This document shows, one piece after another, positions 10,401 to 19,431 of a stretch of DNA of 43,410 nt (position 1 is the first letter of the stretch; each line of letters begins with the position of its first letter). Source of the DNA: a virus (lineage: Duplodnaviria; Caudoviricetes); IMG/VR virus record IMGVR_UViG_3300017778_005264, positions 1 through 43,410 of that record; one strand, written 5' to 3'. The notes below the pieces were generated by a model that saw only the letters and a program-made list of their open reading frames with translations, was not told where the DNA came from and did not search any database. The position numbers and the translations under genes were made by a program.

Positions 10401-10798
10401 ATTACATCGGTACGCCCCTTTACGACTTTATCAAATTGAGGATGCAGGGTGTTGAGCATGAACACTCGTGGCTGTATCAACACGGAATTGGTGATATGAC
10501 TAGTGATAAAACATTGTTATACATTTTCAATATGAGAATATTTAAAACATCTCGTGGTTTTGAAATGGGTAATATTTACTGCTGGGACGGGGCAAATATG
10601 TTTAAAATTGTTGTATTTGCCAGTGTGTTGAAAAAAATTAAGCCAATTCTCAAGACTGGCGCATGGTTTGCTGCTAAAATTGAGAAGATTGATGAGAAGA
10701 ATCCGCTTGTTCAGATTGACTCGTATAAACTTTCTTCTAGCGATGGTTTGATTTCTGTCAACGATTTTATAAAAAGGAAAAACTTGATAAAAGCATGA
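7409..10798 (+). CDS. dnaE: DNA polymerase III alpha subunit
   Basis: PHP motifs HLHCHSEYSLLDG and TDHG; GRGSVGGS; catalytic PDIDLD; HAAG; FNKSHA. Confidence 0.97.
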   Translation: MTDFVHLHCHSEYSLLDGMSTPEEIAKITSINGQYASAITDHGSMAGVLRFQNACESSNVKPLFGVEAYFVPELKKDGDGKHERHHLILLAKNNEGLEKLFKMSKIGWTNNFYYKPRIDFEMLEEMVDGDIVALSGCMASSICRALESDNYSLAEQFSERFIKIFKDDFYYEMQAWNTPKINEGIVSLASAFNRKVVATADCHFPSAHDKGCEEVLLCVSQYPSFSPAQLRHAEQESIKFDKADTDLVKKINAMYPDRFLRFDKINPYLAKAQEIAGWFKEVGYDRVDILENTIEVAEKCTAKIQKRKNLLPKYMKSLNSDDYLQELIEFRLKELNLGQEYKDRLASELAIIKQLGFADYFLIVWDLVKWADNNGIGRGTGRGSVGGSLMAFLLDITKVDPLKYNLLFARFINAERNDYPDIDLDFEDKRRTEVRSYLIERWGRDNVAAITTYGTFKPKSAVKDVARVLQVPYKETNNITPYFETIEELQSTPKGKIFCSQYPDVPKIAKRLEGRIRNAGVHAAGMVVSSIPLTQVCPIETRKDTDGGGRTVVTAFDMTDAEAVGLIKIDILGLRTVSVVKDALAMIRKRYGLDVEQMSLGLDDPLVYNNFNEGNTVGVFQTDAAAYRNLIERMGIDNFKDLVVSNALVRPGALLSQGERYIERKKGFKPAYYPDDSVKEILEETYGTVIFQEQLMQMSVKLSGFTWAEADKLRKIIGKKRDATEFEQFKDKFINDSIIPKPEARQMWKEFEMSALYMFNKSHAVAYSMLSYQTMWLKVNYPSEYLWALLFNEDVGEKITAYLMEAQRIGIPILPPDVNLSGEFFSIDYSEDIPAIRFGLSNVLSCGKAAIAEITTKRPFTCYDEFDAKCSKSAVKKPLRENLDKVGAFKSLGFVSQYDHSRYYLPILGFSLGDAEKNEIDVFADNLSDFHETNSPLMLVKAIVRSTKKTPQYLRIEFEDFSGSATVFAERNTELATRDYIYALIGDRTLHFFCDAYNYIGTPLYDFIKLRMQGVEHEHSWLYQHGIGDMTSDKTLLYIFNMRIFKTSRGFEMGNIYCWDGANMFKIVVFASVLKKIKPILKTGAWFAAKIEKIDEKNPLVQIDSYKLSSSDGLISVNDFIKRKNLIKA

Positions 10799-11847
10799 TT
10801 GTTTGGTCTGATAATCAATTAGCAAAGTTTAGTGAGGGCTATGGTTATACCCCTGACTGCTTATATACCCACATCGGCAGCAGCGAGCTACCTATTCGTA
10901 GGAGCGTACCAACCAGACCAGAAGAAATTGGGCGCATTCAGATGGGCGTAAATCTTGGATACTTCGCCAAAAATGATTATCCAAACGAGATTGTTATTAA
11001 CCACTCAGTGCCAGAGACTTTTGTAAAATCAATGCGTTATTCGGTGGGCTTTACTTTTTGGGAAACAAATAGACTTCCTGATGACTGGGTTCGTAATTGC
11101 AATGAGATGGATGAAATCTGGACCTGCTCAGTGGCAATGCAGGAAGTTTTTATTAATTCTGGAATAAAAAAACCAGTGCATGAATTTAAACTTGGTGTAG
11201 ACCCAGATTTGTATAAGCCAGTTAAAAGAAAACCTCATAACCAATTTACATTCTTGTCTGTTGGATCTCCGGCAACACGTAAAAATTCTCAGCTATCACT
11301 TGATGCGTTTATTAAGGTTTTTGGGAATAACGACAACTATAGGCTTATTTATAAATCAAATGGGCCGCCAGACGCAAGGATAAAGACTGGGGATGCCATT
11401 GGTCCAATACAACACCCAAGGATTACTGTTATTGATGACGAACTTTCTCATGCCGATTTTGCTAAGATCTATGATTTGGCAGACTGTGTTTTGTTCCCCA
11501 CAAGCGGTGAAGGCTGGGGTAATCTTCCGTTTCAAGGGATTGCCAAAGGAATACCAACAATATGTACAAACATTTTGGCATGCACTGAATTTGCAAACAT
11601 GTCTGTTCCTCTTGATTTTGATTGGGATTCATCCACAACTTTTGGGCAATATGTTGGAGCCGGTGAATGGGCTAAGCCAAATTTCAATGATTTGTGTGAT
11701 AAAATGAAATATGTTGCTGATAACTACGAAGCGGTTTCCGATAAAACATACAAGAATGCTCTTTGGATCAACAAAAACATGACTTGGCAAAAAGTCTCAG
11801 AAAAATATATTAAAAGAATGTGGGAAATATTAGAGGGGAATAAATGA
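10795..11847 (+). CDS. GT-B (GT4-like) glycosyltransferase
   Basis: FWETNRLP, LGVDPDLY, RKN, LFPTSGEGWGNLPFQGIAKGIPTI. Confidence 0.88.
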   Translation: MIVWSDNQLAKFSEGYGYTPDCLYTHIGSSELPIRRSVPTRPEEIGRIQMGVNLGYFAKNDYPNEIVINHSVPETFVKSMRYSVGFTFWETNRLPDDWVRNCNEMDEIWTCSVAMQEVFINSGIKKPVHEFKLGVDPDLYKPVKRKPHNQFTFLSVGSPATRKNSQLSLDAFIKVFGNNDNYRLIYKSNGPPDARIKTGDAIGPIQHPRITVIDDELSHADFAKIYDLADCVLFPTSGEGWGNLPFQGIAKGIPTICTNILACTEFANMSVPLDFDWDSSTTFGQYVGAGEWAKPNFNDLCDKMKYVADNYEAVSDKTYKNALWINKNMTWQKVSEKYIKRMWEILEGNK

Positions 11848-12842
11848 AAATACATTATATTAGTTGCCATTCAATCCTTGAATACGATGAAGTACAGCTT
11901 CTGACTGATTTAGGTCATGAAGTTTTTTCTAACGGTGCTTATGTCGATCCTCGTGGACACATTACCCTTCCAAGGCCGGCGATTAAAGGTGCAAAATTTT
12001 ATGAAGATTATGCAGCATTATCAATTTCTCACCCCAAAACCAAACTCCCCAGTGAGTTAATTGAACCGTTTGATGTCATAATTATAATGCATTCCCCAGA
12101 CGTTGTTATTGAAAACTGGAAAAACATTAAGCATAAGAAAGTTGTTTGGAGAACAATTGGGCAATCAACTGAATCTGTTGAAGCATCTCTTACGCAGATG
12201 CGTGAAGAAGGGCTTAAGATTATAAGATATTCTCCTAAAGAGCGAAACCTTTCTAATTATATTGGTGAAGATGCCCTGATCAGATTTTGTAAAGACGAAG
12301 ATGAATATAGTGGATGGAATGGTGTGGGGCAAAATGTTGTTTGTTTTGCACAGAGCTTGAAGGGAAGGAGATCCCACTGTCATTATGAAGAAATTATGTC
12401 AGTGATAGATAAATATGATGGCATGGTTTATGGTCCTGGTAATGATGATTTAGGTAGCAAAAACGGCGGGTCAGTTCCTCACCAGGTGCAGGTAGCCAAA
12501 ATGCAAGAATCTAGAGCTATGATTTATGCTGGAACTGCTCCGGCATCGTACACACTTTCTTTTATTGAAGCTATGATGCTTGGGCTTCCGATTGTTGCAA
12601 TTAGCAAAAAACTTGCTCACATAATTTATGATTTTGATTTTTATGAGGTTGATGAAATCTTAGCCCAGATTGGTGGTCTAGTTTGCGATGATGTCGGGCA
12701 GATGTTTGAAAAAACAAAGATGTTATTAGATAGTGACGAATTAGCCAAAGATATTAGTGAAAAACAAAGAACTTTGGCTATTGAAATGTTTGGTAAGAAA
12801 AAAATAATTAAACAATGGGAGGAATTTTTAGGTTCATTATGA
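11844..12842 (+). CDS. GT-B glycosyltransferase
   Basis: ASYTLSFIEAMMLGLPIV and C-terminal F-x6-KQW. ATGA coupling. Confidence 0.8.
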   Translation: MKIHYISCHSILEYDEVQLLTDLGHEVFSNGAYVDPRGHITLPRPAIKGAKFYEDYAALSISHPKTKLPSELIEPFDVIIIMHSPDVVIENWKNIKHKKVVWRTIGQSTESVEASLTQMREEGLKIIRYSPKERNLSNYIGEDALIRFCKDEDEYSGWNGVGQNVVCFAQSLKGRRSHCHYEEIMSVIDKYDGMVYGPGNDDLGSKNGGSVPHQVQVAKMQESRAMIYAGTAPASYTLSFIEAMMLGLPIVAISKKLAHIIYDFDFYEVDEILAQIGGLVCDDVGQMFEKTKMLLDSDELAKDISEKQRTLAIEMFGKKKIIKQWEEFLGSL

Positions 12843-13489
12843 TAAACACTGGAGATTTTATACGCGAGTTCCCCGTAGTCCATCACAACGACAGGGATGG
12901 TGAAGCGGTGCTGATGACGGAGTTTCTGAAGCTAAGGGGTCCATTTAAATCATTACTTGACATCGGAAGCCATCGTAGCGCCTCATATTATGCCAAAACT
13001 ATTCGCGGCTTAACCGAACGCTACGATGCAATTGATATTTTGCATGACCCAGAAGTGGAAGCAATCTGTGACAACTATTATCAAGGAAATGTCAATAATA
13101 CGGAGTTTGATATCAAATATGAAGCGGTTATCTGTGTGTCTGTAATTGAACATGCAGGGTCATTTACCTACAAAGCTGATCCCTACACTGAACAGATGGC
13201 TATGTTTAAGCGTTGTCTTGATCTGTCATCTAAATATGTTTGGATTAGTTTTCCGGTTGGTCAACCCTATGTTTACGCTAACGAGTTATCGGTGATAACT
13301 GAGAATCAACTTAGCGCATGGGAGAAGATGGTCGGGGATTTTAAGTTGAATCAAACATTTTTGTATAGCCAAGGTCCACAAGCAGGTCACGCTTGGCATC
13401 AGTATCAAAAGCGTGATGTAGCGGTGAAAATCCCTTACATAGATTTTATTGGCAACCAAAGCATTTGTGTTATGGAAATTGAGAAGTGA
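12839..13489 (+). CDS. Class I SAM-dependent methyltransferase
   Basis: SLLDIGS motif I, YDAIDI, YEAVICVSVIEH. ATGA coupling with SD GGAGGA. Confidence 0.75.
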   Translation: MINTGDFIREFPVVHHNDRDGEAVLMTEFLKLRGPFKSLLDIGSHRSASYYAKTIRGLTERYDAIDILHDPEVEAICDNYYQGNVNNTEFDIKYEAVICVSVIEHAGSFTYKADPYTEQMAMFKRCLDLSSKYVWISFPVGQPYVYANELSVITENQLSAWEKMVGDFKLNQTFLYSQGPQAGHAWHQYQKRDVAVKIPYIDFIGNQSICVMEIEK

Positions 13490-14520
13490 ATGTATTTACA
13501 GACTTTCACCACAATTCACTTTTAAGATCATTTGTCCTTTTATTTGAGAACCGGCTAGGAGCCAAAGTATATAGACCAATCGGCATGGAATGGTTTTACG
13601 AAGGGTATTGGGCTATTAATGATCTTGAAGAAACGGCTAAACAGTTTTTAGACACAAAAACTACTATTATCGCTGACAAAACTCCGGCTTTAAATGTCGT
13701 CAGCTCTATTGATGATTATATTTATAATGTTTACGATCCAGGGCATGTAACAACTCATAAAGCAATTTCCTTAAATACTTTTAAAGAAATAAAATTTGAT
13801 TATATTATAGCTTCAATACCACAACATGTTGATATTTTTAAAGATTTAATTAAAAAATATCAACCTAATGCTAAATTGATTATTCATTTTGGTAATAACT
13901 GGGTGGAGCCTGAAGATGGTAGCAATGTAATGGCTTCAGTTAAAGGGCAGGGTTGGAATAAATCAAATGTTGTTTATTACCATCAAGAGTTTGACACAAA
14001 TCTTTTTAAACCTATTAATGAATTTGGGTTTAAAAAAATAAGTTCTTACATACATGTTTTAGAAAAAAATAAAGGCTGGGTTGATTTTTTAAATATTGAA
14101 AATTATTTATTAGATAAAAAAATTGTTTTAAAAAGTTACGGTGGGCAATGCCGAGATGGGTCCCTTGATGGAGCAGAAGCAGTGTCAAAATCTGTACAAG
14201 GAAATGATTTTGTTTTTCATGTAAAACACACAGGTGATGGTTATGGTCATGCTCTTTATAACGCATATGCATGTGGTAAGCCAACTATAATCCGCAGCTC
14301 GTATTATAAAGATCATTTAGGTGAAGAATTGTTTAATGATGACAACTGTATTGATTTAGACAAGATGAGTTTTGATGATGCTGTAAATAAAATCGTAGAT
14401 GTAATCAATGATATTGATCAATTAAAAACTATGTCGGGTAATGCTTACAGGGCTTTTACTAATGCAGTTAATTTTGAGCAGGATGCAGAAAAAGTAAAAA
14501 ATTGGCTTGCAAATTTGTAG
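13486..14520 (+). CDS. GT-B glycosyltransferase
   Basis: FDTNLFKP, FVFHVKHTGDGYGHALYNAYACGKPTI. GTGA coupling. Confidence 0.75.
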   Translation: MNVFTDFHHNSLLRSFVLLFENRLGAKVYRPIGMEWFYEGYWAINDLEETAKQFLDTKTTIIADKTPALNVVSSIDDYIYNVYDPGHVTTHKAISLNTFKEIKFDYIIASIPQHVDIFKDLIKKYQPNAKLIIHFGNNWVEPEDGSNVMASVKGQGWNKSNVVYYHQEFDTNLFKPINEFGFKKISSYIHVLEKNKGWVDFLNIENYLLDKKIVLKSYGGQCRDGSLDGAEAVSKSVQGNDFVFHVKHTGDGYGHALYNAYACGKPTIIRSSYYKDHLGEELFNDDNCIDLDKMSFDDAVNKIVDVINDIDQLKTMSGNAYRAFTNAVNFEQDAEKVKNWLANL

Positions 14521-14548
14521 ATTTATAGCGTAATTTCGCACACTGATG

Positions 14549-14557
14549 TGATATCAT
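14549..14557 (+). promoter_or_regulatory. Extended -10 promoter for recA operon
   Basis: TG-A-TATCAT in the intergenic gap before recA. Confidence 0.45.
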
Positions 14558-14585
14558 TGTTTAAATTTCACGGAAAGAGAGTCGC

Positions 14586-15500
14586 ATGTTAGTTGTTGAT
14601 AAAAGAAAAGGCGATCAAATGCCAGTGCACGAGGTTATCCCAACCCCGAGTGTTGGATTAAATAGGGCACTTGGAGGCGGTTTAAACTCTGGGGCTACTC
14701 ATTTATTTTGGGGAACCCCGTCTGTTGGTAAAACAACAATGTGTTTTAGAATTATTGCAGAAGCCCAAAAGATGGGATACCGGCCAGTTATTGTGGATTC
14801 AGAGTCATCATATAATGATGAGTACGCAAAGAAATGCGGGATCAATATTGATGATGTCGTTATTGTTCAGTCAACAGTCGTTGAAGACATTATGAAAAAT
14901 ATTATTACATATCTTAGTGATGATAAAGAAAAACACATTTTCTTGTTTGACTCACTATCAAATATTGTTAAAGAAGAATTTTATGATAAGCCTGAAAGTG
15001 GTAAGGCAATGGGATTGTCTGCTCGCTCTCAAGGCTATTTTCTACAGAAATTAGTAAACTATCTTCACAAAGAACGCAACATTATGCTATTTGTTGCTCA
15101 CCAAACAGTTGATCTTAGCGGTATGTATGCAATTACTAAAGCAAAGATGGGCAATACAGTCCATCATAACATGTCAAATATTGTTAAATTGTTTCTATCT
15201 ATGTCTAAAGCCGAAATGGAAAGAGAAGGTAATAATATGATTACCAGTCAAAAAGCAACATGGACTGTAGAGAAAACAAAGCAATGTCCAACAATCGGCA
15301 GCACAGGCTACTACTATGTTCTTCCGCAGTTGGGTCAAATTGACACGAAGAGAGAATTGATTGATATTGCTATTGAAATGGACATTATTCAACGCAAAGG
15401 TGCATGGTATACCTATAAAGAAAGTAGATGGAACGGTTTATCAAGCATTGAATTATCAACAAAAGAAGTTAATGAGCTTGAAAAAGCAATTAAGGCGTAA
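14586..15500 (+). CDS. recA: RecA/UvsX-like recombinase
   Basis: TPSVGLNRALGGG, Walker A GTPSVGKTT, FDSLS, IIQRKGAWY. Confidence 0.93.
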   Translation: MLVVDKRKGDQMPVHEVIPTPSVGLNRALGGGLNSGATHLFWGTPSVGKTTMCFRIIAEAQKMGYRPVIVDSESSYNDEYAKKCGINIDDVVIVQSTVVEDIMKNIITYLSDDKEKHIFLFDSLSNIVKEEFYDKPESGKAMGLSARSQGYFLQKLVNYLHKERNIMLFVAHQTVDLSGMYAITKAKMGNTVHHNMSNIVKLFLSMSKAEMEREGNNMITSQKATWTVEKTKQCPTIGSTGYYYVLPQLGQIDTKRELIDIAIEMDIIQRKGAWYTYKESRWNGLSSIELSTKEVNELEKAIKA

Positions 15501-15800
15501 ATGAAACGAACTGAAAAAGAAGAAATTAAAAAGGATAAAGCCAAGGCAGTTAAGAATTCTGGTCGTGGTCTTAAAAAAGGCGATGCATCTTTGAATAAGT
15601 TTCTTGTTGACTATAAGCACAATGGAAAGACATTCACTCTCACCCATGAGAACTGGCTTGAGCACCGAAAAAATTCTTGGAACTCAAACTATCGTTATCC
15701 TTGTATTTCTGTCGTGTTTGGCAAAGATTCCGAGACGAAGGTTGCTATAGTGGAGTGGGAAGTCTTCAAAGAACTCATAGAAGGGTCGGATTATGAATAA
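15501..15800 (+). CDS. PD-(D/E)xK nuclease, Holliday-junction resolvase-like
   Basis: E...NSGRG..KGD....LVDYK pattern. Confidence 0.65.
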   Translation: MKRTEKEEIKKDKAKAVKNSGRGLKKGDASLNKFLVDYKHNGKTFTLTHENWLEHRKNSWNSNYRYPCISVVFGKDSETKVAIVEWEVFKELIEGSDYE

Positions 15801-17328
15801 AACATTTGGAAGTCTTTTTGCTGGCGTGGGCGGTTTTGATATGGGGATGGAGCAGGCAAATTGGAAATGTGAGTGGCAAGTTGAGTGGGACAAACATTGC
15901 CAAGGTATTCTGTCTAAGCATTGGCCGGATGTCCCAAAATATTGGGATGTGCAAGATGTTGATGGTGCAAAGATAACACCGGTTGATTGCATTGTCTTTG
16001 GGTCTCCCTGCCAGGATCTCAGCGTTGCTGGAAAGGGTGGTGGTCTTGAAGGTTCAAGATCGGGTTTATTTTATCAAGCTATTCGTATCATAAAGGAGAT
16101 GAGAAATGCAACTGGAAATCAATTTCCAAAATGGTCAATCTGGGAAAATGTCCCAGGTGCCCTCACAAGCAATCAAGGAAACGACTTCGCAAAGGTCATT
16201 GACGAAATGGCAAACATCGGGGGGCTGGCGATTGAATGGCACATCTTGGACGCACAATGGTACGGAATCGCCCAAAGAAGAAGGCGTATTTTTGTGCTTG
16301 CTTGCTACGATCCTGGAACCGCTGCAAGATGTCCCGAAAAAATACTATCTGTCCCCGAAGACAGCAAGGGGGATATTAAACAGGGCAGGAAAAAAAGGAA
16401 ACAAATTGCCAGACAAACTTCAGAAAGCCTTGGTCAACCTAGCGTCTATGGTGAAACCGGACATGGAAAGTGGAGAGACGGAGGAGTAAGTCTGCGGGCT
16501 ACGGATTACAAACGCCCTGAAGCAAATATCGTGGCGGAACCTAGTACCGTAGCAGAGCCTTTTGTTAAAGTCAGAAGAGCCCAAAGTCAAGATGATTTTG
16601 AAACATGGGCTGGTGGTGATGTGTCTCCAACACTTAACGCATTTGATAATGGTGGAGAAAGCAGAGCAACTGTTCTTATAGTTGATGGTCCAATCTCTTT
16701 TCACGCTAAGCAAGATCCTGTTTCCTCGCACAACATATCCCAGTGCCTGTATGGGCAAAATGGGGTTGCAGTGGCGATCCCAAGCCCTATTATTGTTGAT
16801 GGCACTAGGACAAATGATGTCCGGGTATATACGGATCAAATAGTGCCAACATTAAAACACAGAATGGGAACTGGTGGTGGACAAGTCCCACTCATTGGTA
16901 TTAGCAATGAGGAAGTCAGTGTTGAGCCGGTTTTGGCTTATGACGCATACAACAATGCTGTGTCTGAAGATATCTACAGAACGCTTAGAATTGGCATTGA
17001 CTCTGGTGATCATATTGCAATCCCAATACAGGGGACAATTATTGGTCGATCAGATAGTGCCGGCCCGCAAGGTAAGGGCTTTGGTGAAGCAAATGATCCG
17101 TCTTATACCCTTGATACAATTTCACAGCATGGAGTCATGACACCAGATCTTATTCTGAGAAAATTAACCCCGCTGGAATGTGAAAGACTGATGGGCTTCC
17201 CTGATAATCACACAGCGTACTATGCGAATGGTAAAAAAGTTGCTGACACTAACAGATATAAGATGTGCGGTAATGCCGTTGCCACACCTGTTGCAAAATG
17301 GATTGCTGAGCAGATTTATGCGATTTAA
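15793..17328 (+). CDS. C5 cytosine DNA methyltransferase with long variable region
   Basis: FAGVGG (I), GSPCQD (IV), ENV (VI), QRRRRIF (VIII), LTPLECERLMGFP (IX), GNAV (X). Confidence 0.93.
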   Translation: MNKTFGSLFAGVGGFDMGMEQANWKCEWQVEWDKHCQGILSKHWPDVPKYWDVQDVDGAKITPVDCIVFGSPCQDLSVAGKGGGLEGSRSGLFYQAIRIIKEMRNATGNQFPKWSIWENVPGALTSNQGNDFAKVIDEMANIGGLAIEWHILDAQWYGIAQRRRRIFVLACYDPGTAARCPEKILSVPEDSKGDIKQGRKKRKQIARQTSESLGQPSVYGETGHGKWRDGGVSLRATDYKRPEANIVAEPSTVAEPFVKVRRAQSQDDFETWAGGDVSPTLNAFDNGGESRATVLIVDGPISFHAKQDPVSSHNISQCLYGQNGVAVAIPSPIIVDGTRTNDVRVYTDQIVPTLKHRMGTGGGQVPLIGISNEEVSVEPVLAYDAYNNAVSEDIYRTLRIGIDSGDHIAIPIQGTIIGRSDSAGPQGKGFGEANDPSYTLDTISQHGVMTPDLILRKLTPLECERLMGFPDNHTAYYANGKKVADTNRYKMCGNAVATPVAKWIAEQIYAI

Positions 17329-17494
17329 ATTCTTTTGCGATAAATTATCTTACTGGGCTGCATTAGGAGTTTCTTTTAACTGGGACGATGGTGTATACTT
17401 CGGAATATATCTTATTAAATGGCAAATTGGTATCCAGTGGTATCAAACAAAGCAGGCTGTTGTCAAAACAGAAGATTTAAGAAAGGATCTTTAA
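17318..17494 (+). CDS. Small aromatic-rich hypothetical protein
   Basis: 58-aa ORF from ATG 17318 fills the gap between neighbours. Confidence 0.5.
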   Translation: MRFKFFCDKLSYWAALGVSFNWDDGVYFGIYLIKWQIGIQWYQTKQAVVKTEDLRKDL

Positions 17495-17815
17495 ATGCCA
17501 GATATTATTATCAATAAAGAGATATTGGCTGGTCAAATGGGTGACAAAGCCGATGAGTTTCTTGAATGTATCCGAATAGTTGAGGATATAATTGAGAATC
17601 CCGATCATTATGTCGGCTTCCAGGCTATAAAATATGCAAATGTACTTGCTGGATACCGGACACTGATGATTGTAAAATCTCAGATGTTTAAAAGACGATC
17701 AACAATGATGACTGAACAGGACAAATTTGTTAATGATATCTGGAAAACAATGTACGAAGCACTAACCGAAAACATAAACGCGCTAAAACTAGCCGCAAAA
17801 GGAGCAATAAACTAA
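17495..17815 (+). CDS. Hypothetical helical protein
   Basis: 106 aa, SD AAAGGA, coupled to the Cas4-like gene. Confidence 0.65.
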   Translation: MPDIIINKEILAGQMGDKADEFLECIRIVEDIIENPDHYVGFQAIKYANVLAGYRTLMIVKSQMFKRRSTMMTEQDKFVNDIWKTMYEALTENINALKLAAKGAIN

Positions 17816-18558
17816 TGAAATCGTTAAAAAAACTAAAAGAAAAAAAAGAAGATATTGTCAAGGATGTTAAGGTTGAGATTAGAAAAGAATTGACTGAGGG
17901 CATTGACGAGCACTTGGCTAAGCGCAACACTCCCAACTTTAAACAAGTAAGTGGCTTTCATCCCAGCTATACAAACCAATGCGCCAGATATTGGTTTTAT
18001 TTGTTTAATGGCGTTGAAATAACCCCATCATTTAACCCGCAAACGTATCGAATTTTTGACAATGGGCATGCTGTACACAATAGACTTTATGGCTATTTCA
18101 GGGATATGGGCGTTCTATTGGAAGAAGAAATTCCAGTTAAATGGGGAATTCCGCCAATTGAAGGTACAGCAGATGGTATCATTGAATGGAACGGAAGAAA
18201 ACTCATTGAATTAAAGTCCATTAGCACAGAAGGTTTTCACTATAGAAAACTTTATAACAAACCAAAAGACGAACACTACAGGCAAGCACAGATTTATATG
18301 AAATGCCTAGATCTTGATTCTGGATATGTAATTTATGAAAATAAAAATAATCAAGAAATTCTACCGATTTACATTGAAAGAGATGATAAGTTTATTGATA
18401 AATTATTTAATAAGTATACAGGTATTTACAACAGTTATTTAAACAATGAAATACCCCAGCGGCCCTACAAGAGGACATCAGCAAACTGTAATTCTTGCGA
18501 TGTGGCTGCTTTATGTTGGTCCGAAAATGTACAAGAAGGAAAAGAAGAAATGTTCTAA
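17815..18558 (+). CDS. Cas4/RecB-like PD-(D/E)xK exonuclease
   Basis: HPS...C, GHAVH, GTADG, IELKS, QAQIYM, C-terminal CNSC...C. Confidence 0.85.
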   Translation: MKSLKKLKEKKEDIVKDVKVEIRKELTEGIDEHLAKRNTPNFKQVSGFHPSYTNQCARYWFYLFNGVEITPSFNPQTYRIFDNGHAVHNRLYGYFRDMGVLLEEEIPVKWGIPPIEGTADGIIEWNGRKLIELKSISTEGFHYRKLYNKPKDEHYRQAQIYMKCLDLDSGYVIYENKNNQEILPIYIERDDKFIDKLFNKYTGIYNSYLNNEIPQRPYKRTSANCNSCDVAALCWSENVQEGKEEMF

Positions 18559-18835
18559 CCCTGAGTGCGGTAAGGTATTTGAGGCGAAAGTCTACAACGC
18601 CATCTACTGCTCGCCAGAATGCAGAAGGATCGTTACGAATAAAAATTTATTAGCCAATTACTACGCAAAGAAGAATAATAAGAACAAGCAAAGGATTTGC
18701 AAAACAGTAGATTGCGGAACCATCTTATCAAGGTACAATAAAGAAAAGATTTGCGAAAGTTGCAAGCGTGAGAGATATATCAATCGTCTTATATCCTGGG
18801 GCTGGAGCGAAAAGCAGGCAAGGGGGCAAACCTGA
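18527..18835 (+). CDS. Cys-rich Zn-finger protein
   Basis: CSNPEC...YCSPEC...CKTVDC...CESC. Confidence 0.65.
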   Translation: MYKKEKKKCSNPECGKVFEAKVYNAIYCSPECRRIVTNKNLLANYYAKKNNKNKQRICKTVDCGTILSRYNKEKICESCKRERYINRLISWGWSEKQARGQT

Positions 18836-19431
18836 TGGGGATATCCGGCATTGTTTCTTCAATCAAAGATGCCAGGGTGATTGCAATAGACCCTGCATCT
18901 CACTCTTTGGCCTGGGTTATTTATGACATTAAATCCAGGAATATCTCAATATTTGCTTGTGGGAAAATTCAATACAAGGAGTACAAGGGGGCATCTGCTA
19001 AATTCTCCGTCATCAGTAAGGAACTCAAAAAGGTACATAAGGAATACCAGCCCGAGTTTGGCATCATTGAGCAGTCTATATATGTTCAGAATTTTGAAAC
19101 CAGTAGAATAATTTCATATATCATTGGATACTCATGGGGCGTTCTCAACAACTTGGGTTGCGACGTGTCTGATGTCAATCCATTAGTTTGGAAATCCGGT
19201 ATCGGTTATAAAAACTTGAGGAAGAAAGAGCAAGAGGAGATCGCCAGTAACGGCGAAAAAGGGGCGCTGGCTCTTAAATTAAAAAAAGAGAGAAAGAGGC
19301 GGGTCCAAGAGATTGTCAAGAAATACTTCAAAAACATCCCCGAAGGTCTTGATGATGATGATATCATAGATGCAGCAGGCATTGGGTTATGGTATTGCAA
19401 AAAAGTACTAGAGGGTAATGATGCAAAGTGA
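18835..19431 (+). CDS. RuvC-like Holliday-junction resolvase
   Basis: IAIDPASHSLAW, IIEQ, P..WKS, DDIIDAAGIG. Confidence 0.8.
   Translation: MGISGIVSSIKDARVIAIDPASHSLAWVIYDIKSRNISIFACGKIQYKEYKGASAKFSVISKELKKVHKEYQPEFGIIEQSIYVQNFETSRIISYIIGYSWGVLNNLGCDVSDVNPLVWKSGIGYKNLRKKEQEEIASNGEKGALALKLKKERKRRVQEIVKKYFKNIPEGLDDDDIIDAAGIGLWYCKKVLEGNDAK

Noticed and set aside
7409-10798. Intein or intron in dnaE (also checked dnaB, recA, terL)
   Set aside because: Lengths are ordinary and no C...HN splice motifs or LAGLIDADG blocks were seen.
17815-18558. CRISPR-Cas locus
   Set aside because: Solo Cas4-like nucleases are common in phages. No cas1/cas2 or repeat-spacer array is present.
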